The notes below the pieces were generated by a model that was not told where the DNA came from, did no database searches, and saw only the letters and a list, made by a program, of their open reading frames with translations. From Octopus vulgaris (taxonomy: Eukaryota): DNA of 64,000 bases. Numbering within the stretch: the stretch's first letter is position 1; each line of letters opens with the position of its first letter. The stretch is taken from NCBI GenBank assembly GCA_951406725.2, contig OX597839.1, forward strand, positions 23,374,001-23,438,000. The letters run 5' to 3'. Made by a program: the position numbers and the translations under genes. Shown here in pieces: positions 50,024-62,954 of this stretch.

Positions 50024-50307
50024 GGTGATTTTATGTGCCACCGACACAGGTGCCAGACGAGGCTGGCGAACGGCCAAAAACACCATCCGAGCGTGGCCGT
50101 TCGCCAGCCTCGTCTGGCACCTGTGTCGGTGGCACATAAAATCACCCACTACACTCTCGGAGTGGTTGGCGTTAGGAAGGGCATCCAGCTGTAGAAACAC
50201 TGCCAGATCTGACTGGCCTGGTGCAGCCTTCGGGCTCCCCAGACCCCAGTTGAACCGTCCAACCCATGCTAGCATGGAAAACGGACGCTAAATGATGATG
50301 ATGATGA
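50018..50307 (+). mobile_element. RTE 3' tail copy with a 5' inversion
   Basis: Matches the RTE 3' UTR with a (TGA)n tail. 50018-50075 is an inverted copy of about 50095-50152. Confidence 0.85.
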
Positions 50308-50444
50308 TATATATAGATATATAGATAGATAGATAGACAGATAGATAATGTACTGATCCGTGATAGAAAATTCAACAAAAAAAGTACTTGATCTGGTGAG
50401 AAATAAATATTATTTAATTAAAGGGTCTAATACATGTAATTAAG

Positions 50445-50499
50445 TGCTACTAATAGTTTCATATGTTGAGAAATGCTTCAGACGTATTCTTCAGATGCA
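50445..50499 (-). ncRNA. Hammerhead-like motif in a probable Penelope-like remnant
   Basis: Minus strand: tgc-at-CTGAAGA-atacgt[..]acatat-GAAA-ct(att)agTA-gca. Confidence 0.45.
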
Positions 50500-50897
50500 A
50501 ACCACATGTCATAACGAACTAAAAATATTGAATAATAGAAGAAATGCAAAAAAAAAAAACTATGGGTGCAGCATATAGAAAACACAAAAAGTAAAAAGAA
50601 CAACTGAAAACGAAAACACAAAAATCTAAAATGTAGAAAATAAAAGGTAAAAAATTAAAAGAGCTATCCTCGTTAGACCTTAAATGATAATGGCTGGAGA
50701 GATATCAGGTGAGTCAGGAATAGGCGGAATTTCCTAATCCTTCAAAATAGATTTATACGTATGCAGGCAACCACTGAAAATTTCTGACCTGGACTTCAAT
50801 AGAGAGTTAGGGATCTTTTATATATATACTTACACACACACACATATATATATATACAGACAGACAGACAGATATATATATATACAGACAGACAGAC

Positions 50898-50948
<51 letters not shown>

Positions 50949-51219
50949 CAGACAGATAGATACATATACATATATATATATATACATTTATATATATTAC
51001 TTGACAGGCTTCTTTTAGTTTCCGTCAACGAAATCCACTCACAAGGCTTTGGTCAGCCCAAGGCCGTAGTAGAAGACACTTGCCCAAGGTGTCACACAGT
51101 AGGATGGAACCTGGAACCATGTGGTTGGGAAGCCAGCTTCTTACTACACAGTCATATTTATGCCTATACACACACACACACACATACACACACACATACA
51201 CACACACATGCACAAGCAT

Positions 51220-51250
<31 letters not shown>

Positions 51251-52184
51251 AGTAATAAATGTCTTCACTTACACACACAAACACATCCACACACACACAA
51301 TTACACATCTGCACATGTACACAATTACACACACAAAGGAGAGACAGAGACAGAGTAGGTGGTGATGGTGGTGGTGGTGGTGTTTCGTCTGCCGTTACGT
51401 TGTGAGTTCAAATTCCACCGAGGTCGACTTTGCCTTTCATCCTTTCGGGGTCGATAAATTAAGTACCAGTTACACACTGGGGTCGATGTAATCGACTTAA
51501 TACCTATGTCTGTCCTTGTTTGTCCTCTCTGTGTTTAGCCCCTTGTGGGTAATAAAGAAATAGGTGTTGGTGGTGGTGGTGGTGGTGATGGCGGTGGTGG
51601 TGGTATGCTCCGTATCGTCTCTAGTCTCTCGCTCTCTTTCCAGGTTTCCCCAGTTTCTCAAATCCACTGATTATGTTCTTGTGTTCTTCTTATACTCTTC
51701 ATAAATCCTTTTACTTGTTTCAGTCACTGGACTATGGCCATGCTGGAGCAGCACCTAGGGAGGGGGTTTATTTGATCAAAGAGAAGCCAGTATTTATTTT
51801 ATTCAAAGCATAGTGGGAGAATGCACCTTTATAAATAATAGATTAGATTAGATTAGACAGATAGGTAAGTAGGTAGGTAGATACACAATCAGACAGACAG
51901 GTAAGTAGATAGGTAGACAGACAGACAGACAAACAGATTGATAGGTAGATAGATAGATAAATAGATACTTTGATACTTTGATAGGTTTCGGCCATTATTG
52001 GCCCAGGCCATGTCTAACTTAATAGCACCACCTGGGTTAATAGCACCACCTGGTGCTATAGATAATTAGATTAGTAGGCATAGGTGTGTATATATATATT
52101 GTTTGTTTGTATTCCACCTGCCTTCGTCTTTTGTTTATTTTCATAAAGCTTCCCGTTATATATATATATATATATATATGGGTT

Positions 52185-52258
<74 letters not shown>

Positions 52259-52465
52259 TAGTTATATAGAAAGCAAAGAGATCATAATGCTTGTTGTAAA
52301 GTGTATTCTGTTATATTTACTTAAACCCATTTGAAAATCCGGTCTGTACTTGTAAGTTTACTTGTTGCAAAAACAGTGTGTTGACATTTTGGAATACTCA
52401 GAAATGGAGGCCGGATATTGAATAATTCATAAAGTGGAACCCTGGTGCTTATAATAACAAGGGTT

Positions 52466-53251
52466 CCCTGTTGATTCTAGCAATGGAACAGCCTGCCCGT
52501 GAAATTAACATGCAAGTGGCTGAGTAATCAACAGATTAAAGTGAAATAAAGTTTCTTGCTCAAGAACACAATGCCCTGCCAGGAATTGAAATCACATCCT
52601 TACAATTGTGAGCCCCAAACCCCTAACCACTGAGCCACATGCCTTCACCATTTCTAAATCATCCCTGTTGATTCTAGCAATGGAACAGCCTGCCCATGAA
52701 ATTAACATGCAAGTGGCTGAGTAATCAACAGATTAAAGTGAAATAAAGTTTCTTGCTCAAGAACACAATGCCCTGACAGGAATTGAAATCACATCCTTAC
52801 AATTGTGAGCCCCAAACCCCTAACCACTGAGCCACATGCCTTCACCATTTCTAAATCATCCCTGTTGATTCTAGCAATGGAACAGCCTGCCCATGAAATT
52901 AACATGCAAGTGGCTGAGTAATCCACAGATTAAAGTGAAATAAAGTTTCTTGCTCAAGAACACAATGCCTTGCCAGGAATTGAAATCACATCCTTACAAT
53001 TGTGAGCCCCAAACCCCTAACCACTGAGCCTCATGCCTTCACCATTTCTAAATCATCCCTGTTGATTCTAGCAATGGAACAGCCTGCCCATGAAATTAAC
53101 ATGCAAGTGGCTGAGTAATCCACAGATTAAAGTGAAATAAAGTTTCTTGCTGAAGAACACAATGCCTTGCCAGGAATTGAAATCACATCCTTACAATTGT
53201 GAGCCCCAAACCCCTAACCACTGAGCCACATGCCTTCACCATTTCTAAATC
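52466..53251 (-). repeat. 197-bp tandem array x4, derived from a deleted tRNA SINE
   Basis: Units start at 52466, 52663, 52860 and 53057. Confidence 0.97.
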
Positions 53252-53299
53252 TAAAATGCCAAATATATCAGCGGTGGCAGCAGCGTCGTTTTATCGTGT

Positions 53300-54178
53300 G
53301 TCCAATATCTTACTTGGCTTCTTCTTGACCACTTCTTCCCCCTCTGTCTATGTTTATGCTTCTGATGACCAATGAGGCTGATTCTTGCATGGAATTGTCT
53401 CTTGCAAAGCTCACAACGGATCCCTGGTGGAGGCTTTGGTCGTTGCAGCCTCCGTTTTCTTTCTTGTTGTTTCTCTTCCTCTTTCCTCTGTTGTTCAGCT
53501 GCAAAATCATTTGCCACAATCGAAATCGATCAATGGAAATTGCAGCTGTGATACCAGTGCCAGTGGCACGTAAGAGAACCATCCGAACGTGGCCGTTGCC
53601 AGCGCCGTCCCGACTGGCCTCGTGCCGGTGGCACGTAAAAAGCACCATCCGTTCGTGGACGTTGCCAGCCTCACCTGGCCCCCGTGCCAGTGGCACGTAA
53701 AAAGCATCACCCGTTCGTGGCCGTTGCCAGCCTTGCCTGGCCCCCGTGCCGGTGGCACATAAAAAGCACCATCCGATCATGGCCATTTGCCAGACTCGTC
53801 TGGCACTTGTGCCGGTGGCACATAAAAAGCACCATCCGATCATGGCCATTTGCCAGACTCGTCTGGCACTTGTGCCGGTGGCACATAAAAAGCACCCACT
53901 ACACTCATGGAGTGGTTGGCGTTAGGAAGGGCATCCAGCCGTAGAAACACTGCCAGATCAAACTGGGCCTGGTGCAGCCTTCTGGCTTCCAAGACCCCAG
54001 TTGAACCGTCCAACCCATGCTAGCATGGAAAGCAGATGCTAAACGATGATGATGATGATGATGATGATGATGAGATGGAATCATCCCAGGCTTTGGGATC
54101 GATTCCAGTCAGCTTTTAGGCTTTGCTTCAGCTGATCCTTGTGTCAACAGAGGGGATGGCCACGGAATCTTCTTCCAA
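53300..54178 (-). mobile_element. RTE (BovB-like) C-terminal fragment split by an RTE-tail insertion (about 53506-54072, +)
   Basis: GRRFRGHP..KDQLKQSLK on one side and RKRRLQ..CELCKRQFHARISLIGHQKH on the other. Confidence 0.7.
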
Positions 54179-54332
54179 GTGGGTGTTTGGTAAGAAGCTT
54201 GCTTCCCAACCACATGGCTCCAGGTTCAGTCCCACTGCATGTCACCTTGGGCAAGTGTCTTCTACTATAACCTTGGGCTGACCAAAGGCTTATGAGTGGA
54301 TTTGGTAGATGGAAACTGAAAGAAGCCTTTAG

Positions 54333-54414
<82 letters not shown>

Positions 54415-54712
54415 CCCCATCACCACTACCATCACTTGACAACTGCTGCTGGTGTGTTTATGTCCCCATAACTTAGCAGTTTGGCAAAAGAGACCGACAG
54501 AATAAGTACTTGGCTTACAAAGAATAAGTTGTGGGGTCACTATGTTCGACTAAAGGCAGTGCTCCAGCATGGCCCAAGTGAAAGAAATATGCAGTAATTA
54601 GGAAAAGAGTGAAACTGAAAACTTGAGAAAAGTGAAAGAGTTAGATCTAAGAATGGCCAAAAGATTCTCTTCATGGCGCTGTCAACAGATGCAGGAATTT
54701 TACATTTTATAG

Positions 54713-54815
54713 ATAGATGTATATTGGTGATGCAAAAAACACAAATACCAATTCTATCCGATGAGCAAATAATATTGGTTATTGATCACGGAAGTTGTTC
54801 TGTCAAAGTTCCAAG
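54713..54815 (+). other. Candidate upstream exon
   Basis: ttttacattttatag acceptor and AAG|GTATGT donor. One open frame ends in phase 2, compatible with the 60676 exon. Confidence 0.3.
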
Positions 54816-55309
54816 GTATGTTTGCCATTGATCTGTCACCGACCACCCAAAGTGTCAATGTGTAATTTGATATGATTTCAATAAAATCAATCAGCTGAGT
54901 TAGGATAGGTTGGAAATAGTGTAAACAACATTGTATCGTTGTTTGGCGGGGGTTAAGTAGAACTGGCCCTTTCCATCCACACCATCCACGGAGTTGTCAT
55001 CGATTCGAAGATGAAGAACTGAAGAAAACAAATAATCCTATAATCGCTATTAAAAGAAGAAAAAAAACAAAAAACAAGAAAAAGAGGGGGAAAAAAGGAA
55101 CAAATTCGATGACCTGGCATTTGTAGGTTGTGTTGTTGTTGTTGTTGTTGTTGTTGTTGTATTTCTGTGGAACTCTGGAACAGTACAGGTTGAGGGATCA
55201 ATTACAGTCACAACCATAAGACTTCTGGGTTTTTTTTTATTGCAGTGTAGCAATGGCCATATGGATGAGCAGTTTGTTTTACAACTGTATGGTTCCAATG
55301 AGGTGTGAG

Positions 55310-56350
55310 TGTGGCTTAGTGGTTAGTGTATCTGACTCACAATCATAAGGTCATCAGTTCAATTCCAGGGGATGCACTTTATTTCACTTTATTGCTCCAG
55401 TTCACTCATCTGGCAAAAGATGATTTGTGCCTGTGATTCAAAAAGGGCCAGCCATGTCACACTTTGTGTCAAGCTGAATCTCCCTGAGAACTACATCAAG
55501 GGTATGCATGTTTCTGTGGAGTACTCAGCCACTTGCACGTTAATTTCTTGAACAGCTGCTCAGGTGACCGGATCAACTGGAACCCTTGTTGTTGCAACCA
55601 ATGGAGTTCCAGTTATTTTGGGAAGGTGCACGGTTAGGGGTTAGTGCATACAGTTCATGATTGTGAGGTCATCAGTTCAATTCCCAGCGGTGCACTGTGT
55701 CCTTGAGCAAGACACTTTATTTTCACATTGCTCCAGTCCACTCACCTGGCAAATATGAGCTGTACCTGTTATTCAAAGGGGGCCAGCCTTGACACATTCT
55801 GTATCGAGTTGAATCTCTTTTAGAACTACCTTAAGGGTATGTGTGTCTGTGGAGTACTCAGCCACTTGCATGTTGATTTCACAACCAGGTTGTTCCATTT
55901 ATTGAATCAACTGGAACTCTGTAAGCAACAGAGAGCAGAGCCATTAATTTTTGTCTGATAAAAGATGCGACAGGTTGGTCACAGCTGGAAAGCTTTTTGA
56001 TCCTAAGTCAGTTTCCTGAGAATAAACCCTGGGGCCACACAACAACAACAACAACAACAACATCATGCAAAACAGAATTCTGATGCTTGTCTTGGCACCC
56101 TCATGTCTGACTCACCTGGGTACACTGGTGGTTACCACTTCCTGTGATAAACTGTACTAAGGGTACACGAGTTGTACCTGTAATTCAAAGGGCCAGCCTT
56201 CTCACATTCTATGTCAAGCTGAATCTCTTTTAGAACTACATTAAGGGTAAATGTGTCTGTGGAATACTCATCCACTTGCACATTAATTTAACGAGCAGGT
56301 TGTTCTCTAGATTGGATCAACTGGAAACCTCATCATCATAAATGACGGAG
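55310..56350 (+). mobile_element. Cluster of three degenerate tRNA SINEs
   Basis: Repeated ttcaaagggccagcc..gagaactac..ctgtggagtactcagccacttgca. Confidence 0.75.
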
Positions 56351-56354
56351 TGAC

Positions 56355-56508
56355 AGCTGTGTGGTAAGTAGCTTGCTTACCAACCACATGGTTCCGGGTT
56401 CAGTCCCACTGCGTGGCATCTTGGGCAAGTGTCTTCTGCTATAGCCCCGGGCCGACCAATGCCTTGTGAGTGGATTTGGTAGATGGAAACTGAAAGAAGC
56501 CTGTCGTA

Positions 56509-56561
<53 letters not shown>

Positions 56562-56758
56562 TTGTGTGTCTGTGTTTGTCCCCCTAGCATTGCTTGACAA
56601 CCTATGCTGGTGTGTTAGCGGTTCAGCAAAAGAGACTGATAGAATAAGTACTGGGCTTACAAAAAGAATAAGTCCCGGGGTCGAGTTGCTCGATTAAAGG
56701 CGGTGCTCCAGCATGGCCGCAGTCAAATGACTGAAACAAATAAAAGAGTAAAAGAGTA
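56355..56758 (+). mobile_element. tRNA/CORE-like SINE, young subfamily
   Basis: Near-identical to 62310-62720. Confidence 0.85.
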
Positions 56759-57176
56759 ACGAGTAAACGTATTGTCCCAAACTCATTCCCATTGTGTGGT
56801 ACCTTGACCAAATACCTTCCACCCTCACCTCAGCTTGACCAAAGACTTATTATCAGTGAAATGAGATTGACAGAAAACCCATGGAAGACCATTTTACAGA
56901 ACTGTTCTACTTCTTCAATGCTAGGATTAAACCTTCTCTCATTTTGGCATCACCACTTGGTCCCAGTCTGAGAACAACTTCCCCTACTTCCAACCACCAG
57001 TCTTGGAAATTCTGAAAAGAGTGAAGAGTTCCTTTCTTTCTTTCCTAACTAAGCCATTTTCTAGAATTCTCTTATAAGAATTAAGAATGTACCATAAACA
57101 ATTCTATAGAATTTTAGCCAACACTGTAATGTTCTGACTAATGTAAACATTACTTCCATACACACACGCAAACACT

Positions 57177-57179
<3 letters not shown>

Positions 57180-57208
<29 letters not shown>

Positions 57209-57765
57209 TGTATGTATGTATGTATGTATGTATGTATGTGTGTATGTATGTATGTATGTGTGTGTGTATGTATGTATGCATGTATGTATGTGTGTATGTA
57301 TGTATGTGTGTATGTATGTATGTATGTATGTATGTATGTATGTATGTATGTATGTATGTATGTATGTATGTGTGTATGTATGTATGTATGTGTGTGTGTA
57401 TGTATGTATGTATGTATGTATGTGTGTATGTATGTATGTGTGTATGTATGTATGTATGTATGTGTGTATGTATGTATGTGTGTATGTATGTATGTATGTA
57501 TGTATGTATGTATGTATGTGTGTGTGTGTGTATGTGTATGTGTGTATGTATGTATGTATGTGTGTGTGTATATGTGTATGTGTGTGTGTATGTATGTATG
57601 TATGTATGTATATATGTATGTATGTATGTATGTTTGTTTGTTTGTATTTATGTATGTGTGTATGTATGTATGTATGTATGTATGTATGTATGTATGTATG
57701 TATGTATGTATGTATGTATGTATGTATGTATGTATGTGTGTGTGTGTGTATATGTGTATGTGTGT
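57180..57765. repeat. (TATG)n microsatellite
   Basis: Seen directly. Confidence 0.97.
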
Positions 57766-58652
57766 ATTCTGCATAGTTCCATGAGTTTTATGTGCTGGTG
57801 TCTTCCTGTTCATGTGTTTAGGGTCCTCTTTCGTTTCGGGTACTGATTTCTGTGTATATTTTCTTTTCGATGTTTAAGTAACATTATTTCTAAAGTTTTG
57901 ATAAAGGCATGATAGCCACTACATCTTGCTCACCTGTCATACATATCAGAAACTATTCTGGAGATAATTAACCATTACTACCATTAATCAAACCAATGCT
58001 AATTAATAATCATGGAACTTTGACGAGTTTGTGTGTTGATAAGCTTTTAAGAAGAAACATCTCCGGAAATAAAATAGAAAAATAAAGAAGTGAAAAAAAA
58101 CAAACAAATTTTTCCTATTTCTGAAATATAAGAAAGAAAAGAAACGGAATATGTGTTGGTCTTTGACTGCTAAATGGATGCCTGTGGCTTCTGGTCTTTG
58201 ACTGAAGGTCAGAATTGGTTAGAAATTTACTTGTAATTACTATAAAGCACAATGACCCCAAGGTAGAAAATCTACATTAGTTGAGGGCCTGCTGTTCCGT
58301 TCTTAGAATTAGATGTCAAACCAAATTCCATTGGCAATGGATTTGCTGCTAATTCTATTTAGATTTAAGATGGAATGTCCTAAAAACGGTCATTGGAACT
58401 GACTCGCATCGAAATATTTGGCTTCAAATTATCCCATTTTGGAATATAAAAAATTTAAGAATCCTACACAAAAGTAAGTTCATATTTTATTTAACTTGTA
58501 AGAAGCATGAAGACAATGGCAGAATAAAATGGTCAGCTTGAAGGAGGGTTCTATTTTTTAGACTACACATACATCTTTTGGGGTTATATTGGACACTGAT
58601 TTGATCAGTTCAATATTCAATCACCTCTAGGTGCTCTGATCACACACACTCA

Positions 58653-58704
<52 letters not shown>

Positions 58705-59146
58705 CTGCTCGCTTAGCCAGTGGGGTGGTGTCATTCGAAGGCTAAAACAATGCGAACACATTGTGACCAGCGATGTGTAACAACATCTGATGGTCTGGTC
58801 GGTCACGTGATCACGTGATATATATATGTATATATATATATAATATAATAAGAGTAAATAATATCTTTAATGGTTTTAAAAAAAAAACAACAAATATTTA
58901 CTGGTAGATTTCGGCATGTAAATAAACGGTAGGAACTTCTATAAAAGTTCAATATATATTTTGTATATAAATAAAAAAAGGCAGGCAACAGATTGCTTAG
59001 CCACATACCAAAAAAATTAGAAATAGCAGTCAAAGACTGTTTATTTCTATTTTCTACAAATAAGACTCCACATACGACATATCCCTGTAATTCACATATG
59101 CAAAACAGAAGGAAGAAATAACAAAAACAAAGTCTAACAGTATATA

Positions 59147-59600
59147 TCATCATCATCATCATCATCATCGTTTAGCGTCCGTTTTCCATGCTAGCATGGG
59201 TTGGACGGTTCTACTGGGGTCTGTGAAGCCAGAAGGCTTCATCAGGCCCAGTCAAATCTGGCAGTGTTTCTACGGCTGGATGCCCTTCCTAACGCCAACC
59301 ACTCCGTGAGTGTAGTGGGTGCTTTTTACGTATATGTATACTCTTTTTACTCCTTTTACTTGTTTCAGTCATTTGACTGCGGCCATGCTGGAGCACCGCC
59401 TTTAGTCGAGCAAATCAACTCCACACATATATATATACATACATATATACGACAGGCTTCTTTCAGTTTCTGTCTACCAAATCCACTCACAAGGCATTGG
59501 TCGGCCCGGGGCTAAAGCAGAAGACACTTGCCCAAGATGCCACGCAGTGGGACTGAACCCGGAACCATGTGGTTGGTTAGCAAGCTACCTACCACACAAC
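59147..59600 (-). mobile_element. RTE tail (59147-59330) followed by a CORE-like SINE (59340-59600)
   Basis: Reverse-complement matches to the respective families. Confidence 0.8.
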
Positions 59601-60691
59601 CACTCACATATATATCATTATCATCATCGTTTAATGGTTGACAGGAGCCAGCCAGGTAGAAAACTACCCCAAGCTACAGTGTCTTTTTTGGCAGGGTTTT
59701 TATGGCTGGATACCCTTCATAACACCAACCAATCAATTCAAAAAAACTGATTGGCTGGAGTCTTATTTTGCCCTTGCTGTCTTGAACAGCTTCCATGGGA
59801 ACCTTTCCCAGACACAGCACTGGATTAACCATTCTGCAAAATAAGCTTGTGCTTAGGGCATCAAGGGAAATCAGGGGCCCCACATCTATAGCCTCTCAGG
59901 ATGACCAAAGCCTTGTGAGTGGATTTGTAGATAGAAACTGAAAGAAGCCTGTTGTATCTAAACGTGTGCGTGTGTGTGTGTGAGTGTGTACGTGTGAGTC
60001 TATGTGAGTGTGTGTGCATGTGTGTTTGTCATTATGTTTGTCCCCACCACTGCTTGACAACCGGTGTTGGTGTGCTTACATCCCTATAACATAGCAGTTC
60101 AGCAAAAGAGATGGATAGAATAAGTACTAGGCTTTAAAATAAGTTCTGGGGTAGAGTCATTCAACTAAAATGCTTCAAGGAGTGCCCCAGCATGGCCACA
60201 ATCTAATGAGTGAAACAAGTACAAAATAAAAGACCAAATATTATTATAGGTGTAGGCATGGGTGTGTGGTAAGAAGCTTGCTTCCCAATGACAGGGATCC
60301 AGGTTCAGTCCCACTGTATGACACCTTGGGTAAGTGTTTTCAGCCAACCAAAGCCTTGTGAGTGGATTTGGTGGATGGAAACTGAAAGAAGCCTGTCATA
60401 TATTTTAAATATGTATATGTTTGTGTGTATGTGTGTGTATGTGTGTGTGTGTGTTTGACAACCCATGTTGGTGTGTTTATGTCCCAGTAACTTAGCAGTT
60501 CAGCAAAAGAGACCGATAGAATAAGTACCAGGCTTACAAAGAGTAAGTCCCGGGGTTTGAGTTGTTGCGTGTAAAGGCGGTGCTCCAGCATGGCCGCAGT
60601 CAAATGACTGAAACAAGTAGAAGAATAGAAGAACAGGATTGAGGTGTGTGAGTTAAAAGTTTGAATCTGTTTCAGATCCAATGTGGCAACC

Positions 60692-60905
60692 ATGAGATCA
60701 AAGCCTGAAGAAGAGCAAGACACCAGAAGAAAGCTGCAGATATTTGGATGTCCTCTTTACCAAATTCATTATGAAAGTTGCAGACTCCCAGCTGAAGCCA
60801 CAGAACTGATCAGTTCAACAAAATGGTTAAATTCTTACGGATTGAAACGGCACCAACTGGATCTGTTCAGTTTGTTGCCAAAAATTGGCTTCAAAGTCTC
60901 AGAAG
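60692..60905 (+). CDS. VWA3B: VWA3B-like protein, first recognisable coding exon (exon starts 60676)
   Basis: Acceptor tctgtttcag at 60675, gcaaccATG at 60692 and donor G|GTCAGT at 60906 (phase 1). LISSTKWLNSYGLKRHQLDLFSLLPKIGF resembles the vertebrate VWA3B N-terminus as recalled (LISSEKWLQLHGLKSNKLTLKQILSQIGF). Confidence 0.8.
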
Positions 60906-61309
60906 GTCAGTTCTCCAGAAACCATTTTTATTTATTATTCCATTTTTTTATTTGAAAATTCTTTTGACCAGATTATTCGATATGGAGTCCTGTGGCTTAG
61001 TGGTTAGGGTGTTCAGTTACTGATCATAAGGCTGTGAGTTCAATGTCCAGCTATGTATTGTGTCCTTGAGCAAGACACTTTATTCCACATTGCTCCAGTC
61101 CACTCAGCTGGCAAAAAATGAGTTGTACCTGTATTCCAAAGGGGCCAGCTTTGTCACATTCTGTGTCACACTGAATATCCCTGAGAGCTACATCAAGGGT
61201 ATGCATGTCTGTGGAGTACTCAGCCACTTGCATGTTAATTTCACAAGCAGGCCGTTCCATTGATCGGATCAACTAGAACACTTGCCATCATAACTGATGA
61301 AGTGTGGGA

Positions 61310-62110
61310 AAAAATCAGATGTCTTCTTACATCACTGATCACAATGCCCTTCCATTTCCCCTGTGATTGCACTCTTTCTTTTCCATTTGGGCCTGAATTC
61401 TTTGCCTATGTCCATCTTTCCATTGTTTTAGAGGAAGTCTTTCATATAGCCTCTTCTAACCTCCTAAGTACCACTCCAAAACTGCAGGGGACGGATCTAC
61501 CTATTGTCTATGAATATTAGGGCTTGACTAATCCTGTGGAACTTGTGCTTTCAATGTTCTGCAATCGCATCAAATAATCTCGTTTTAGATATTTAGCTAT
61601 TCTGCCTCAATGCTACTCCAAATATTGGCTCCTTCCATGGTCCTCTGAGTTGCTGCCAGTGACTGTTCTCCCTTCTTCACAGAAGGCCATGTTTCACGAA
61701 TAAGATCACAAAAGGAACAGTGCTATTGGAGTGACTGGCAAGCAGGGTCTTGTCCAGGGCCCATCTTCATTGAAGGCAAAACCCTTTTCTACTCTTCTCT
61801 CATTCTGTGTGGGATTTCAGTGTTCATACCTCAGCCTATATTTATGCTCCTTACACAATTCACAGGTTCCCATCACTATTGAACCTTGTGCTACATCTTC
61901 AGACCGCATCCATTTTCTTTCCACATGGTTTATTTTGATCCCTACGGCTGATCTCAGGGTGTTCAGCCCTTGTCAGCAAAGTCTGCAGTTGATCTGAGGA
62001 TTCTGTGATGAGCAAAAAGCCATCTGTAGAATCAGAGGTGTATGTTAAAAGCTCACCATACATGTTGATGCCACATCTCTGAAGACCATCTCAAGACATG
62101 TGGTGAAGGT
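61310..62110 (-). mobile_element. Highly degenerate LINE (RTE-like) remnant in an intron
   Basis: Only weak C-terminal RT-like patterns. Confidence 0.3.
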
Positions 62111-62309
62111 AAAGTTATTTTCTCGAGTCATCCTGACTCTTAAGGTGTACAGATTCCCCATACAACAGCGAGGCACAAAATTGACTTGTAACCCACTAGT
62201 GTACTTGGTATGCGAAACAAAGCACTGTGTCTCTTAGCAGCAATGAACATGAAACAAAGTCAAATGAGTAATACAAGAGTGACCTGACTGTTTAACATAA
62301 GCAGATGCA

Positions 62310-62720
62310 GGCGCAGGAGTGGCTGTGTGGTAAGTAACTTGCTAACCAACCACATGGTTCCGGGTTCAGTCCCACTGCGTGGCATCTTGGGCAAGTGTCT
62401 TCTGCTATAGCCCCGGGCCGACCAATGCCTTGTGAGTGGATTTGGTAGACGGAAACTGAAAGAAGCCTGTCGTATATATGTATATATATATATATGTATG
62501 TGTCTGTGTTTGTGTGTCTGTGTTTGTCCCCCTAGCATTGCTTGACAACCGATGCTGGTGTGTTTACGTCCCCGTCACTTAGCGGTTCGGCAAAAGAGAC
62601 CGATAGAATAAGTACTGGGCTTACAAAGAATAAGTCCCGGGGTCGATTTGCTCGACTAAAGGTGGTGCTCCAGCATGGCTGCAGTCAAATGACTGAAACA
62701 AGTAAAAGAGTAAAAGAGAG
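62310..62720 (+). mobile_element. Full-length tRNA/CORE-like SINE
   Basis: Head ggcgcaggagtggctgtgtggtaag, B-box-like gggttcagtcc, ttgggcaagtg core, central TA/TG tract and (GTAAAAGA)2 tail. Confidence 0.88.
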
Positions 62721-62733
62721 TATGCCATATTAA

Positions 62734-62954
62734 CCCTTTCGTTACCAACCCGGCTAAAACCGGCCTTGGCTCTGCAGTACAAATGTCTTGTTTTCATAAG
62801 TTTTGAATTAAAATCTTCCACCAAACCTTAGTCACCATTTATGTTCCTAACATTAGCTGAATAATAACCAGGTTGTTTTACTAAATTCTTTGTTATATTT
62901 AAAGTAATTGAAAACAACACAGAGCATCTCAAAATAAATACAGTAACGAAAGGG
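62734..62954. mobile_element. Intact piggyBac-like MITE
   Basis: TTAA TSD (62730-62733 and 62955-62958) with a perfect 12-bp TIR CCCTTTCGTTAC. Confidence 0.9.

Noticed and set aside
54760-54815. Actin-like phosphate-1 motif (LVIDHGSCSVK)
   Set aside because: Lacks the following G, and no other actin-fold exons were seen; likely chance.
58303-58358. Pre-miRNA-like hairpin
   Set aside because: Large asymmetric bulge and tiny loop; no known mature miRNA recognised.
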